Origin: Chiloscyllium plagiosum
Lineage: Eukaryota
DNA length: 64,000 nt
Assembly: GCF_004010195.1 (NCBI RefSeq)
Contig: NC_057734.1
Location: forward strand, 43,198,957 to 43,262,956
Reading direction: 5' to 3'
Within the stretch, counting starts at the first letter, position 1; every line of letters begins with the position of its first letter. The notes under the pieces are model-generated. The model saw only the letters and a program-made list of their open reading frames with translations, was not told the origin of the DNA and searched no databases. This document shows positions 1-12,859 of this stretch, piece after piece. A program made the position numbers and the translations under genes.

Positions 1-390
1 GGGGTCTGATTGAGACGTATAAGATTATGAAAGGATTGGACACTCTGGCAGTAGGAAACATATTTCCACTGATGGGTGAGTGCCGAACCAGAGGACACAG
101 GTTAAAAATACGCGGTAGACCATTTAGGACAGAGCTCAGGAGAAACTTCTTCACCCAGAGAGTGGTGGCTGTGTGGAATGCTCTGCCACAGGGGGCAGTG
201 GAGGCCCACTCTCTGGATTCATTTAAGAAGGAGTTGGATAGAGCTCTCAAAGATAGTGGAATCAAGGGTTATGGAGATAAGGCAGGAACAGGATACTGAT
301 TAGGAATGATCAGCCATGATTATATTGAATGGCGGTGCAGGCTCGAAGGGCTGAATGGCCTATTCCTGCACCTATTGTCTATTTTCTATT
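1..390 (+). mobile_element. CR1/HER1-type LINE, 3' end of ORF2 plus 3' tail
   Basis: ORF 27..299 encodes the typical CR1 ORF2 C-terminus (TRGHRLKIRGRPFRTELRRNFFTQRVVAVWNALP...FKKELD), followed by a 3' UTR ending in (CTATT)-like repeats. Confidence 0.9.
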
Positions 391-1635
391 AGTTAGGCTT
401 CTGGATAACTAATCCAGTTCTTACCACTATGCCACCCTCCCCCTACCTCTGTACTGTGCTAAACTGCATCATAATGACATTTGGTTAAATCAGCTAACTC
501 AGGCATGATTGATAATTTACAAGTCTATGTGGCATTCTACATGTACAAAGCAATGATGAAATTCAAAAGTACTTCAACCAATTCTTATAAAGAACACAGT
601 CATGTTCTCACGTCAGGTAAAGCACACTTTATTTGCTTCTCTGAAATTCAGTGTCTGACGATGTTTTCCCAGAATTTAAATAACTGGATAAATAAAACTG
701 TAGATCTCTAAACCATTAGACTCATTGTTGAATGCAGACAACTTTCTTCTTTTCTCAATCCAATGAGCAGTCCAGTTGGTCAATTTCTTATCAATCTCAT
801 TAAAAAGCACTCTTCTTAAAACCCAGATGTGCAAAACATTCCAAAATCCTTTTTTTCAAATTCCAACTAAAATGGATCAACTGAAAACTCCCTCAATATC
901 TCCTCGAAGTATTCTAGTAGAATCAGAATGCATGGCTTAAGGGCAACAAATCAAGTATTTATGCTTATGAAGAAAAATATTATGGCACAGATCATGAAAG
1001 AGAGAGGACATTTCGAGTACTTCTATAAATTAGACTTCAGAGACCCTTTTTTTCAGGGTTTTGGTGTCACTATCAATTAGTCAGCAACTCATTCAATGCA
1101 GCTGCTGTGAAGCTTCAAATACAGCTTTTGTTCATTTATAATCCTGCTGCTCTGCCACACAGCATCAGTTGACACGCTGGCTCAGAACCAACAGATCCGA
1201 ATACCTGAGGGAAGGCTGTATACCCTTTGATTGAGATTGGTCTTCATTTTGGTAACTAAAGATCTGTTTGAGCTAATGACTGGGGCACTGAAAGTGAGCA
1301 CATACTGCTTTTATTGCTCTGCAGCATGATAAGGTATTGGGGGTAGGGGTGGGTTGGTTGACGAGAGAGTTTTCTGGTAATCCTAACTCAAACAAACTTC
1401 CACAGCTCAAGTAATACAGCAAAATGTTCTATTTCAAATCAGTGGTTGGAGTGAGTGGTGAACAATTGAACTGTGAGGCTGTTTTTGGTAACATGTATGA
1501 TACAATGTTTCATCCATATTTAATTCAAATGCACAACTAAATGGATTTCACTATATTTCTTCACACCAGGGAATATCAAATATTGTAACAAAGTTCCCAG
1601 GAAGCATTGCTGAGTCTAGAACGCTGCACTTAGTC

Positions 1636-2135
1636 AGAATCATAGAGATGCACAGCACGGACTCGTCCATGCCGACCAGATATTCTAAATTAATGTAGTC
1701 CCATTTGCTAGCACTTGGCCTTTATCCCTCTAAACCCTTCCTATTTATATATACACATCTAGATGCCTTTGAAATGCTGTAATTGTACCAGCCTCCACCA
1801 CTTCCTCTGGCAGCTCATTCCATACAGACACCATCCTTTGCATGAAAAATGTTGCCCCTAAGTTCCCTTTTAAATCTTTTCCCTCTCACCCTAAACCTAT
1901 GCCCTATAGTTCTGGACTCCCCCAACCCAGGGAAAAGACTTCGACCATTTACCCTATCCATGCCCCTTGTGATTTTATAAACATCTATAAAGGTCACCCC
2001 TCAGGCTCCAACGCTCCAGAAAATAAAACAGTCCCAGTCTATTCAGCCTCTCCCTGTAGCTCAAACCCTCCAACTCTGCTAACATCCTTGTCAATCTTTT
2101 CTGAATGTTTTCAATTTTCACAACATCCTTCTTAC
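1636..2135 (-). mobile_element. 5'-truncated CR1/HER1 LINE fragment
   Basis: Minus ORF 1815..1997 (VYKITRGMDRVN..LFP..GESRT.GHRFRVRG) and a CR1 tail near 1640. Boundaries approximate. Confidence 0.85.
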
Positions 2136-3689
2136 CTGTCTAAGAAGGAAGGAAACAAACAAACAAACAAACAAAACTGGTGTTTGATGAGATCAAACGG
2201 ATTTAATGGAGTTTATCCATCCAAGGTTATCCTCTGATTTTATAAAGGATAGCTTTTAAATCTGAGCAGACCATTTAGGTATTGCCTGGGCATTCTTAAA
2301 ATAAATACAGAAAAGTTCTAAAGTAATTCCCCATGACAAATACTGGACTATTTCAACATTACATTTGATAACCTTAAATCTGCAGCTACAATATAGGGCT
2401 TTATGCAACTTTTTAATAACATTAACATTTTTAATAACTCTTTTTAACCCAAGTATTGCAGGGTGCATCACATGTGGTCACACATTGCATAAGTGATAAC
2501 AGCAGGAATCTAGTGTCAGTTTGACCTTTAAGTAGTAACAGAAAGTAGCTAGAGCCAGTTGGATACGCAAAAAGCATTGATACCAGCTATCTATATCAAG
2601 CTAGCTAATGCAAAAACCAATACTCTTCAGCCTGTAAACTCAGCTACCAAATTGCCTGTCAGGCATATTTTCACAGCATTTAATTGCTTCTTAAAGAAGC
2701 TCAAGGTCATCCCACATATTTTTTCTAAAATAAATTTTTTTGGGCTGTGGGCTTAGCTATAGCCAGTTTTAATTCTCTACTTCTCGCTGTCTTGAGAAAG
2801 TGGTGCTAGGTTTTTGAGTTGCTACAGTCCATGTGCTAAAGGTATTCCTGCAGTGTATCTGGTCGGCATGGATGAGTTGGACCAAAGGGTCTGTTTCCGT
2901 GCTCACACCTCTCTGACTAGTTCCAAATTGTGTCCCTTTGTCTTTTGAAGTAACACTCATGATCTAATATTTCTTTATCATTTGATCTCTATTAAATCAC
3001 CTTTAATCATCTCTTCAATGGTCAGATGTCCAAATATCTTTATCTTTCCTACTAATTCTTCATCAAACATTGTGAATCATCTCTGAGTTCTTCATGAGAA
3101 CACCTTTTTTGTGACTCCATGCTCAGAACTGGGCACAGGGCTCAAGGCAGGCTCTAGGCAGAGCAATACTGATTGAGTATCGGTCCTTCAAATGTATTCT
3201 TTTCCTTTTACTTGATAGTTCACTTTAGTTGGTTTTCAGATTGATGCTCCCCATTGAATTAACATGGTGATTAAGTTGACGAAAACTCCTAGTTTTCTGT
3301 TAACGTAGGTTTTCCAAAAACATTTGCATAGTGTGTATATTATCCTTTTATTTCCCATATTAAGCAGTTTACACATTCCCAAAGTATATTCTCAACTGTG
3401 AATCATGAACACTCATGTTTTGTCCAATGATTTCTGGAACTTATACACTACAAAAAAAAACTTGAACTTCTAGTTTTGTTCTTTCTGACAAATCAAATTC
3501 TTTGCACTGAACTGGTTTCCAAATCATTAATGGAAGTTAGCAACAACTGATTACTGGTAGCACCCCACACAAAACTCAACAAGTATTTAGTCCTTCAAAG
3601 TATGAAATAGCATCTATGAACTCCATATGTAATCCCAAATCCTCACTGCCACATGTAAAATTGCAATGTATAACTCATACTAACATCTA

Positions 3690-4412
3690 GGTGTCAGCCT
3701 GAACACATCTGTGTGCCTGCCTGATGGTGCAATGTTTGTCTGTGAGCAAGTTTCAGTCTGACTCTGGATGTCAGTCTGTGGGTGAAGAATCTGGCTGTAG
3801 TTTCTGGGTGCTTATCTATGGATACAGAATCTGGGTGTTTGTCTGTGAAGTCATGTCATGGTGTCAGGCTGGGCAACTGTCTGTCAACATCAGGTGCTAG
3901 GTTGGTTGCCTATGATTGGGTGCATTGTTTGGGTGCAATGCCCGGGTGTAGTATCTAAATGCACTTCAGTGGGTCCCTGTCTGTGGGCAAAGCATCTGGC
4001 TGTAGTGGCTGGGTTACTGTCTGCGGTGCAGTATCTGGGTGCACGTCTGCGAATATCTGTCAAGTTGGCCACCTTTCTGTGGATGCTATATCTGGGTGCT
4101 GTATGTCAGCACAATGGGCTGAGCGCCTGTCTATAGGTGCAGCATCTGGGTTCCTGTGTGTGCATACAGTGTCTGGGTACCAGACTTGGTGCCTGTCTAT
4201 AGGTGCAGTATCTGGGTTCCTGTGTGTGCATACAGTGTCTGGGTACCAGACTTGGTGCCTGTCTGTAGGAGCAGTATCTGGGTTCCTGTGTGTGCACACA
4301 GTGTCTGGGTACCAGACTTGGTGCCTGTCTGTAGGAGCAGTATCTGGGTTCCTTTGTGTGCACACAGTGTCTGGGTACCAGACTTGGTGCCTGTCTGTAG
4401 GAGCAGTATCTG
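3690..4412. repeat. 66-bp minisatellite (about 4.3 near-identical copies, ~4124-4412) grading into a degenerate TATCTGGGTG-rich array
   Basis: Unit GCCTGTCTATAGGTGCAGTATCTGGGTTCCTGTGTGTGCATACAGTGTCTGGGTACCAGACTTGGT; it appears as a 22-aa periodicity in ORFs 3959..4429 and 4060..4365. Confidence 0.92.
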
Positions 4413-4434
4413 GCTCCGGCTGCCCGTGACCTAC

Positions 4435-4697
4435 CTGTAATAGGAGAGGAGCCCGTTACTCAGCACGAACCAGCGGCGCTGGTAACCCTTCAGGTAGTTT
4501 GTCCATTTGTGCAGCCAGCCTTTGTGAGTGTCGCTGCTGGCGGGCGGAGAGAGCAGAGGCGGCGCCGGCCCGGAGGCCTCTCGCAGCGGCTCACTCATCG
4601 TGTGGGAGCGGGAGGCCGGAGCGGGCAGTGACCAGCGAGGACGATCGTAGGCCAGCCGCCCGCAGGCAGGGGGCACAAGAACAGCAGCTTTCCCCAT
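4435..4697 (-). CDS. OSBP2: Oxysterol-binding protein 2 (ORP4), first coding exon (N-terminus and start of the PH domain); the rest of the gene lies left of the window
   Basis: ATG at 4697 in a good Kozak-like context (CCTCCATGG) gives MGKAAV...[30 protein letters not shown]. The MGKAA start and [16 protein letters not shown] match OSBP2 (OSBP1 has NYIKG). Phase-2 donor AG|GTAGGT at 4435/4434; lies in a CpG island. Confidence 0.9.
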
Positions 4698-5159
4698 GGA
4701 GGAGGCGGGACGTGCAGAGGGAGGCGGGCCATTAACCCGGAGCCGGCCATCGGCAGGTCCCTGCAGCTTCAAGATCACCTCACTCGTGGTGCACCTCAAA
4801 CCTCCAGCTCACAAATCACTGCCCAGAATAAAATAAACTAATCAACATTTGCCGATTAGCTACCCATCTTCAATGTTAGCATTCACTGACTAGTAAATCT
4901 AATACTAGCAATAACTATTTATATACCTTGCAGGATACCTGGGACGCCGTCTTAAAGCGTTGCTAAAATTTCGGTTGTACAACAATTATTCGACAAGGGA
5001 GAGGGGGAGAAGGGTCACTTACAAATGGAAGCAGGATTTCCATTGGGATCACTAAAGAAAACCGTTCCGTATTTTACACTTTGCGGGATATCGTTCCTCA
5101 CACAAAGACATGAAAGAAAATCTCTCACAGATAATATCTCTTTAATGGTGTGTGGAACA

Positions 5160-5240
5160 CACACAGCCCACGTGACTATTTACGTGGTCTCGAGGCCCCG
5201 CCCCTCCACGTGCTGCTCCAACTTTTTTTTGCCAATGGTG
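5160..5240 (-). promoter_or_regulatory. Putative OSBP2 proximal promoter cluster
   Basis: E-boxes CACGTGAC (5169) and CACGTG (5207), GC box GGCCCCGCCCC (~5194-5204) and CCAAT (5232-5236), about 500 bp upstream of the OSBP2 ATG. Confidence 0.55.
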
Positions 5241-5251
5241 TGAAAATAAGG

Positions 5252-6890
5252 AAGAGTGTGGTGCTGGAGAAGCACAGCAGGTCAGGCAGCATCTGAGGAG
5301 CAGGAGAGTCATATGTTTCGAGCATAAGCTCTTCATCAGGGCCAAGGGGGCTGAGAGATAAATGAGAAGGGTTGCGGTGGGGCTGAGGGCAAGGTAGCTG
5401 GGAATGCCATAGGTAGATGAAGGTGGGGGTGAAGGTGGTGGGTCGGAGAGGAGGGTGGAGTGGATAGGTGGAAGGAAGATGGACAGCGAGGACAGTGCCG
5501 AGTTGGAAGATTGGATCTGGGGTAGGGTGGAGGAGGAGAAATGAGGAAACTGGTAAAATCTACATTGATCCCCTGTGGTTGGAGGGTCTCAAGGAGGAAC
5601 ATGAGGCTTTCTTCCTCCAGGAGAAAGTGAGTCTTCAGATGCTGGAGATCAAAGTTGAAACTTTATTGCTGGAACAGCACAGCAGGTCAGGCAGCATCCA
5701 GGGAACAGGAGATTCGACGTTTCGGGCTCCTGAAGAAGGGCCTGTGCCCGAAACGTCGAATCTCCTGTTCCCTGGATGCTGCCTGACCTGCTGTGCTGTT
5801 CCAGCAATAAAGTTTCAACTTTCTTCCTCCAGGGTCAGGTGGCTAGAGTTTGGCGGCGGAGGAGGCCCAGGACTAGCATACCCTTGGCGGGGGGGCAAGT
5901 TTTAAATTCGGCCACAGGGCGGTGGGGTTGTTTAGTGCGTGTGTCCTAGGGATGTTCTCTGAAACATACTACAAGTTGGTGTCCTGTGTCCCCAACGTAC
6001 AGGATTAAGTTAAAAATCACTCAACACCAGGTTATAGTCCAACAGGTTTATTTGGAAGCACTGGCTTTCGAAGTGCTGCTCTTCATCAGGAGACCACATC
6101 GACAGCAACAGACCATAGATGATATATGTGAAAGTACAGGTAAATCTGTCGGATGTGGAAGGATCCTTTGGGGCCTTGGATGGAGGTGAGGGTGGAGGTG
6201 TGGGTGCAGGTTTTGCATTTCTTGTGGAGGCTGGGAAGGTGCTGGGAGTGAAGGGTGGGCTACTGGGGTGTTGTGGACGTTACAAGGGAGTCGCAGAGTG
6301 AATGGTCTCTCCGGAATGCAGATAGGGGTGGGGAGAGAAATATATCCCTAGTGGTGAGGTCTCTTTGTAGACCCACTGCCCTGTCGTCAAACACTTTAAC
6401 TCCCCCTCCCACTCTGCCAAGGACATGCAAGTCTTGGGCCTCCTCCACCGCCAAACTCAAGTAACCCGACACCTGGAGGAAGAACGCCTCATCTTCTGCC
6501 TTCGGACCCTCCAACCACACAGGATCAATGTGGATTTCACCAGTTTCCTCATTACCCCTCCTCCCACCCTATCCCAGATCCAACATTTCAACTCAACACC
6601 TCCTTCTTGAACTGTCCGACCTGTCTATTTTCCTTCCCACCTACCTGCTCCACCCTTCTCTCTGACCTATCACCTTCAACCACACCTTCCTTTACCTATT
6701 GTATTCCCAGCTACCTTCCCTCCCATTTATCTCTCAGCCTCCTTGGGTCACCCCCTCATTCCTGATGAAGAGCTTACGCTTGAAACAATGACTCTCCTGC
6801 TTCTCAGATACTGCCTGACCGGCTGTGCTTCTCCGGCATCAAATTCGTCAACTCTGATCTCCAGCATCTGCAGTTCTCACTTTCTCCAAG
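5252..6890. mobile_element. Truncated Penelope-like element with inverted arms (minus arm ~5252-6365, plus arm ~6370-6890) and two nested short insertions
   Basis: GIY-YIG C-terminal remnants (EEERLIFCLRTLQPHRINVDF), pseudo-LTR ends carrying hammerhead cores on both sides, near-identical flanks GTGAAAATAAGG (5240) and GTGAAAATTAGG (6891) consistent with a TSD. Confidence 0.8.
5622..5819. mobile_element. Short palindromic PLE-derived element with an intact hammerhead core
   Basis: Perfect inverted arms; core CTGAAGA-A-GGGC-CTGT-GCCC-GAAACGTC at 5730-5757; 14-bp TSD TTTCTTCCTCCAGG at 5608 and 5820. Confidence 0.85.
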
Positions 6891-6940
6891 GTGAAAATTA
6901 GGCAGGACGCCTGCCCCGTGTCTAAACTGGGATAACGCAT

Positions 6941-7072
6941 ATTCCTGATGAAAGGCTTTTGCCCGAAACGTCGATTTTCCTGCTCCTCAGATGCTGCCTG
7001 ACCTGCTGTGCTTTTCCAGCACCACTGTAATCTAGACTCTGATTTCCAGCATTTGCAGTCCTCACTTTTGCC
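6941..7072 (+). mobile_element. PLE pseudo-LTR fragment with a minimal hammerhead core
   Basis: CTGATGAAAGGCTTTTGCCCGAAACGTC at 6945-6972, followed by the family tail (GATGCTGCCTGACCTGCTGTGC...CAGTCCTCACTTT). Confidence 0.75.
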
Positions 7073-7073
7073 A

Positions 7074-10070
7074 ACGCAGAAAGAATGCTACTCATAATAA
7101 GTATACAGTTTTGGATACTGTTGTGGGGGACAATCTACCAGGGCTCTGTGGCTCAGAAAGGAAGGCATGAGAATAGGGGAGTAATAGTGATAGGAAATTC
7201 AGTCTGAGAGGAACAGGCAGGAGAATCTGTGGTCACGAGTGAGACTCCCAGATAGTATATTGCCTCCAGGGTGCTAGGGTCAGGGATGTCTCAGATTGAG
7301 TCTACAAGATTCTTAAGGGGGAGGGGGAGCAGCCAGAAGTCATGGTACACATTGGTAACAATGACATAGGTAAGGAAAGGGATGAGGACCTGAAAAGAGA
7401 ATATAGGGAGTTAAGTTGCAAGCTAGAAAGCAGATGAGCAGAGTAGTAATCTTAGGATTGCTACTGGTGCCAAGGGCTAGTGAGGCTAGGAATAGAGATC
7501 CAATGCAGATGAACAAGTGGCAGCAGGGTGGTGTAGGAGGGAGGGCTTCAGATGTGTGGATCATTGGGATACCTTCTGGGGAAGGTGGGACCTGTACAAG
7601 AAGGACGGTTGCACCTGAACTGGAGGGGCACCAATATCCTGGGCGGGAGGTTTTCTCGAGTTCTTCAGGAGGGTTTATACTAGATAGGCAGGGAGGTGGG
7701 AACCTGAGCTATGGATCAGATGATGGAGTAGGTAGTGAATAGCTCGATACAGCGTGCAGAGAGATTGTGAAGGGCGATAGGCACTTGATAGAGCAAAGGT
7801 GCGGTCAGTGTGATGGGTTGAAGTGTGTCTGTTTTAATGCAAGAAGTATAAGGGCAACTTACAGCATGGATTAGTATTTGGAATTATGATGTTATGGCCA
7901 TTATGGAGAGTTGGATATCACAGAGGCAGGAATGGTTATTGGATGTTCCAGGGTTTAGATGTTTCAAAAGAAATCAGTTGGGGTGGGGTGGGGGTGGGGG
8001 GGGGGGGTGGAGGGGTGGAGAGGTAAAAGAGGCAGAGGAGTTGCATTGGTAATCAGGAATAGTATCACTGCTGCAGAAAGGGAGGTAATCGAGGAGAGTT
8101 TGTCTACAGAATCAGTATGGGTGAAAGTCAGAAACAGGAAAGGAGCACTCACTTTATTGGGAGTTTTCTACAGACCACCCAATAGCAACAGAGAGTTGGA
8201 AGAGCAGATTCCTAATATTGATTGGAACTCCCTTAGTTCAAATAGTTTGGATGGAGCAGTTTTAGTCAGGTATGTGTATAGGAAGGTTTCCTGAATCAAT
8301 AGTCAGATTGGCCAACTAGAGGGGAGGCCATATTGGATTTGGTACTTGGCAACAAACTAGGCCAGGTGTCAGATCTTTCAGTGGGAGAGCATTTCATGTG
8401 ATAGTGATCACAACTGCCTGACCTTTACTATATTCATCAAGAGGGATAGGAGCAAACAGTTCAGGAAAGTACATAATTGGGAGAGGGGGAATTACAATAC
8501 TATTAAGCAGGAACTGGGGTGCCTAAATTGAGAACAAATGTTCTCAGGGAAATGCACGACAGAGATGTGGAGGTTGTTTAGGAAGCACTTGCTGACAGTA
8601 CTGGACAGGTTTGTCCCACTGAGGCAAGGAAGAGATGGTAGGTTGAAAGAACCTTGGGTGACAAGGGATGTGGAACATCTAGTCAAGAGGAAGAAGGAAG
8701 CTTACTTAAGGTTGTGAAATCAAGAAACAGACAGGGCTTCAGAGGGTTACAAGGTAGCCAGGAAGGAACTGAAGAATGAACTTAGGAAAGCTAGAAGGGG
8801 GGATGAAAAAGGTAGGATTAAGAAAAATCCTAAAGCATTCTACACTTTTTGAGGAGCAAGAGGATGGCCAGAGAGGGTAGGGCCGATCGGGATAGTGGAG
8901 AGAACTTGTACCGGAGTCGGAGGAGTAGGGGTGGTCCTTAATGGATACTTAATGGATGTGGTGCACATGGATTTTAGCAAGGCGTTTGATAAGGTTCCCC
9001 ATGGTAGGCTCACTCAGAAAGTAAGGAGGCATCAGATACAGGGAAATCTGGCTGTCTGGATACATAATTGGCTGGCACATAGAAGACAGAGGGTGGTGGT
9101 AGATGGAAAGTATTCAGCCTGGAGTTCGGTGACCAAAGGTGTTCTGCAGGGATCGGTTCTGGGACCTCTGCTCTTTGTGATTTTTGTAAATGACTTGGTT
9201 GAAGAAGTGGAAGGTGGGGTAGTAAGTTTGCCGATGACACGAAGGTCAGTGGAGTTATGGATAGTGTGGAGTACTATTGTAGATTGCAATGGGACATTGA
9301 CAAGATGCAGAACTGGGCTGATAAGTGGCAGATGGAGTTCAACCTGGAAAAGTGTGAAGTGATTCACTTTGGAAGATCGAATTTGAATGCAGAATACAGG
9401 GTTAAAGGTAGGATTCTTGGCTGTGTGGAGGAACAGAGTGATCTTGGGGTCCATGTCCATAGATTTGTCAAAGTTGCCACCCAAATTGATAGGGTTGTTT
9501 AGAGGGCTTTCATTAGCAGGGGATTGAGTTTAAAAGCTGCGAGGTTATATTGCAACTCTGCAGAGTCCTGGTTAGACCATACTTGAAATATTGTGTTCAG
9601 TTCTGATTGCCTCATTATTGGAAAGATGTGGAAGCTTTAGAGAGAAAATTTACCAGGATGCTGCTTGGACTGGAGGGCATTTAGAAAGATTTAGGGATCT
9701 AAGACTTTTCTCATTAGAGCAAAGACAGAGGTGTACAAGATATTGAGAGGCATAGATAGACTGGATAGCCAGAGACATTTTCCCATGGCAGAAATGTCTA
9801 TCACGAGGGGACATAATTTTAAGGTAATTGGAGGAAGGTTTAGGGGAGATGTCAGAAGTAGGTTCTTTACACAGAGTTGTGAGTGCGTGAAATGCACTGC
9901 CAGCAATGGTAGAGTCAGATACATTAGTGACATTTAAGTGACTCTTGGATAGGCACATGGAAGATAGTACAATGAAGGGTATGTAGGTTAGTTTGATCTT
10001 AGAGTATGATAAACATCTAGCACAACATCAAGGGCCGAAGGGCCTGTACTATGCTCTACTGTTCTATGTT
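7074..10070 (+). mobile_element. Long decayed CR1 LINE (ORF1 esterase-like region, APE, RT, 3' tail) with internal deletions
   Basis: APE remnant (GRGVALVIRNSI...ESVWVKVRN...LLGVFYRPPN), RT remnant (MDFSKAFDKVPH...GVLQGSVLGPLLFVIFVNDL; WQMEFNLEKCEVIHFG) and tail TGTTCTATGTTC; many frameshifts. Confidence 0.9.
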
Positions 10071-10529
10071 CAAGTGTTCTCAAGTAATCTAGAGGTGTTC
10101 TTCAAAACTGTGGACACTGTTAATATGGAATACATATTGACTAATAGTAATAGCATTTACTTATGACAATTCGTAACTTCCCTTCGATTATATGATTAAT
10201 TATTTAATTATTTTGTAATATTGGGGCAACCTTGTGTTCCTTTCTGATTATTTTATAAAACAATACAAAGGCCCACCAGACTATTTATTTGTCAAATGTA
10301 GCCTTTTTAAAAAAATAAACCAGCAAAGCTGACACTGGTTAAGCATCACCAATTAAAAGGCAAATCCACTCAATCCCTCCTTAAGGAGTTGAAAACGTAA
10401 AATATAATTTAAAGAAGAAACTCATTATTTGTGCCAACTGGACTTCATATGTTGATATTCACACAACCTGTGAATATCAAAACCTTTCTATCCCATGTCC
10501 ACATCATGATCATTGGTGGCCCCAAAGAG

Positions 10530-10815
10530 CTATCCATGGCCTCCTTCTATTTCTCATGGACAAGCTGCCCCTCGAAAAATGAAAAAAGTCAGTTTCCAAT
10601 TGTTCACTGACAACACCCAGCTCTACCTCACCACAATTACTCTCCTTCCTTTCTCTGTATTTAAGTTGTCACACTGCTAATCTGATACCAGTATTAGTTG
10701 ACCAGAAATGCCTTCCAGTTCAATGTTGCGAAGAACAAAGTCATTAGCCACTGACTCCATCCCTCTCACCGGAAACTGTTTTGGGCTGAATCAGACTGCT
10801 AATAACCTTGACCTT
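10530..10815 (+). mobile_element. Old L2-like LINE fragment
   Basis: TTCACTGACAACACCCAGCTCTACCTC translates to FTDNTQLYL, resembling the L2 YADDTQLYL RT motif. Confidence 0.55.
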
Positions 10816-10834
10816 CTAAACACATGCTTTTTTT

Positions 10835-11765
10835 GGATGTGAACATAGGAGGTATGGCTAGTAAGTTCACAGATGACACAAAATTGGATGTGTAGTAGAC
10901 ATCAAAGATTACCTCAGTGTACAACGGGATTTGATCAGATGGGTCAATGGGCCAAGGAGTGGCAGATGGAGTTTAATCAAGATAAATGTGAGCTGCAGTA
11001 TTTGGAAGGGTAAATCAGGGCAGGACTTATAAACTTAACGGTAAGGTCCTGGGGACTGTTGCTGAACAAAGAGACCTTGGAGTGCAAGTTCATAGTTCCT
11101 TGAAAGTGGAGTCACAGGTAGATAGGATAGTGAAGAAGGCATTTGGTATGCTTTCCTTTATTGGTGAGTGCATCAAGTATAAGATTTGGGAGGTCACATT
11201 GCAGCTGTACAGGACATAGGTTAAGCCACTTTGGAATACTGGATGCAGTTCTAATCTCCCTGTTATAGGAAGGATATTGTGAAACTTGAAAAGGTTCAGA
11301 AAAGATTTACAAGGATGTTGCCAGGGTTGGACAGTTGGAGTGATCAGGAGTGGCTGAATTAGGCTGGGGCTACTTTGCCTGGAGCATCAGAGGCTGAGGG
11401 GTGAGCTTATAGAGGTTTATAAAATCATGAGGGGCATAGGTAGGGTAAATAGTCAAGGTCTTTTCCCTGGGGTGGGGGAGTCCAAAACTAGAGGGCATAG
11501 GTTTAGGATGAGAGGGGAAAGATTTAAAAAGGACCTAAGGGCAACGTTTTCATGCAGAGTGTGGTACTCGTATGGAATGAGCTGCCAGAGAAAGTACTGG
11601 TACAATTGCAGCTTTTAAAAGGCGTCCGGATGGATATATGAATAGGAATGTTTAAAGCTATCTGGGTCAAATGATGGCAAATAGGACTAGATTAATTTAG
11701 GATATCTGCTCGTCATAGACAAGGTGGACCACAGGATCTGTTTCCCTGCTGTACAACTCTATGAC
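10835..11765 (+). mobile_element. CR1/HER1 LINE 3' portion
   Basis: RT C-terminal remnants (KFTDDTK; WQMEFN; MRGIGRVNSQGLFPGVGESKTRGH) and tail CTCTATGACT. Confidence 0.88.
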
Positions 11766-12859
11766 TTTATGGAACTTTGTGGTATTGTCACCCCAGCATT
11801 GTGTAGTGCCAAATAAGGATTTTTTAAAAAGTAGTTTGCTGCACTAATCCTTCTTTGCTTTTGTTTTGCTTTGGGCCTATCTAATGATTAGTGGCAGACG
11901 ATACAAAGGTAGAGGATGCACCACCATGGAGTTTCTAAAAGTGAGGCACTGTTTGGAGATAACAAGAAGCTTTATTGCACAATCTAAATGTCATAGACAT
12001 AATTACTCAGATCTTATGGAGCTGGTAGAAATACATTCACTTACTCCAAAAGCTAGAGTAAAACTCCTTGTGTCCACCCACATTCTGTGTATCACATCAG
12101 TGGAATTAGCGAAGCCAATATCACATGAATATTAACTTCTTTAGAACCATTGCCTTAAACAAAATCTCGCACCAATCTTTTCCTCCCCATAATTAACCCA
12201 TTACACCACATTTAAAAAATACAAATGTAAACAGCTATATCACAAACCCATCCCACCCAACTCACTGACTTCACAAATATAGATAGTCTGGACTTTTCCG
12301 ATTTTTCCCTGAATACACTCTCTTGGGACTTGAAAGAATGGTAGATCCTTTGCTTGAGGACAGTTAACCATGGTTCAGAGCTATGTATTGTCTCTCTGCT
12401 GGAGGATCTTTTAACTCTCCGATATCCTTTGTGCCAGTCATTGTTCCTTGTCGACATAATCATTGGTTCACTACTTTATCTGGATGATGTTTAATCTTGT
12501 GAATGTCTGCTGCAGAGGAACCGCTATTTCCATCAGAGACTGAAATGGAGCAGCTGTCTCAGTTGGAAGACCTTTAATCTCATGAATGCCCACCATGGAA
12601 GATGGCTTCTTTGTTGAAGTATTTTCTTACTGATGGTATCCTGGACTTCTGGATCTGGCAATTTCTCTCTCAATCAAAGACGTAGGCTTAGTTTTTATAG
12701 TATCGTCAATTCTTAAGACCAGGCAGTTTTTTTTTCCATATGGAGTTGTATGTAGCTGATCTCGCTTTTGCGTTATTGATCAGGCTGTGTCTTCAATCAT
12801 CTTCTGTGGTTGTTTGATTGGTGAAGTAGACATTTTAAGATTCTCAGCTGTGTTCATGG

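Noticed and set aside
3858-4440. Several 85-156-aa ORFs with 22-aa repeats
   Set aside because: Artefacts of the 66-bp minisatellite being open in several frames on both strands.
4698-4799. N-terminal extension of the OSBP2 ORF shown in the ORF track (MRCTTSEV...)
   Set aside because: It begins at a TTG; the ATG at 4697 has good context and gives the OSBP2-like MGKAA start.
7979-8020. G-quadruplex-like G-run tract
   Set aside because: A low-complexity expansion inside a dead CR1, possibly with homopolymer assembly error; no evidence of function.
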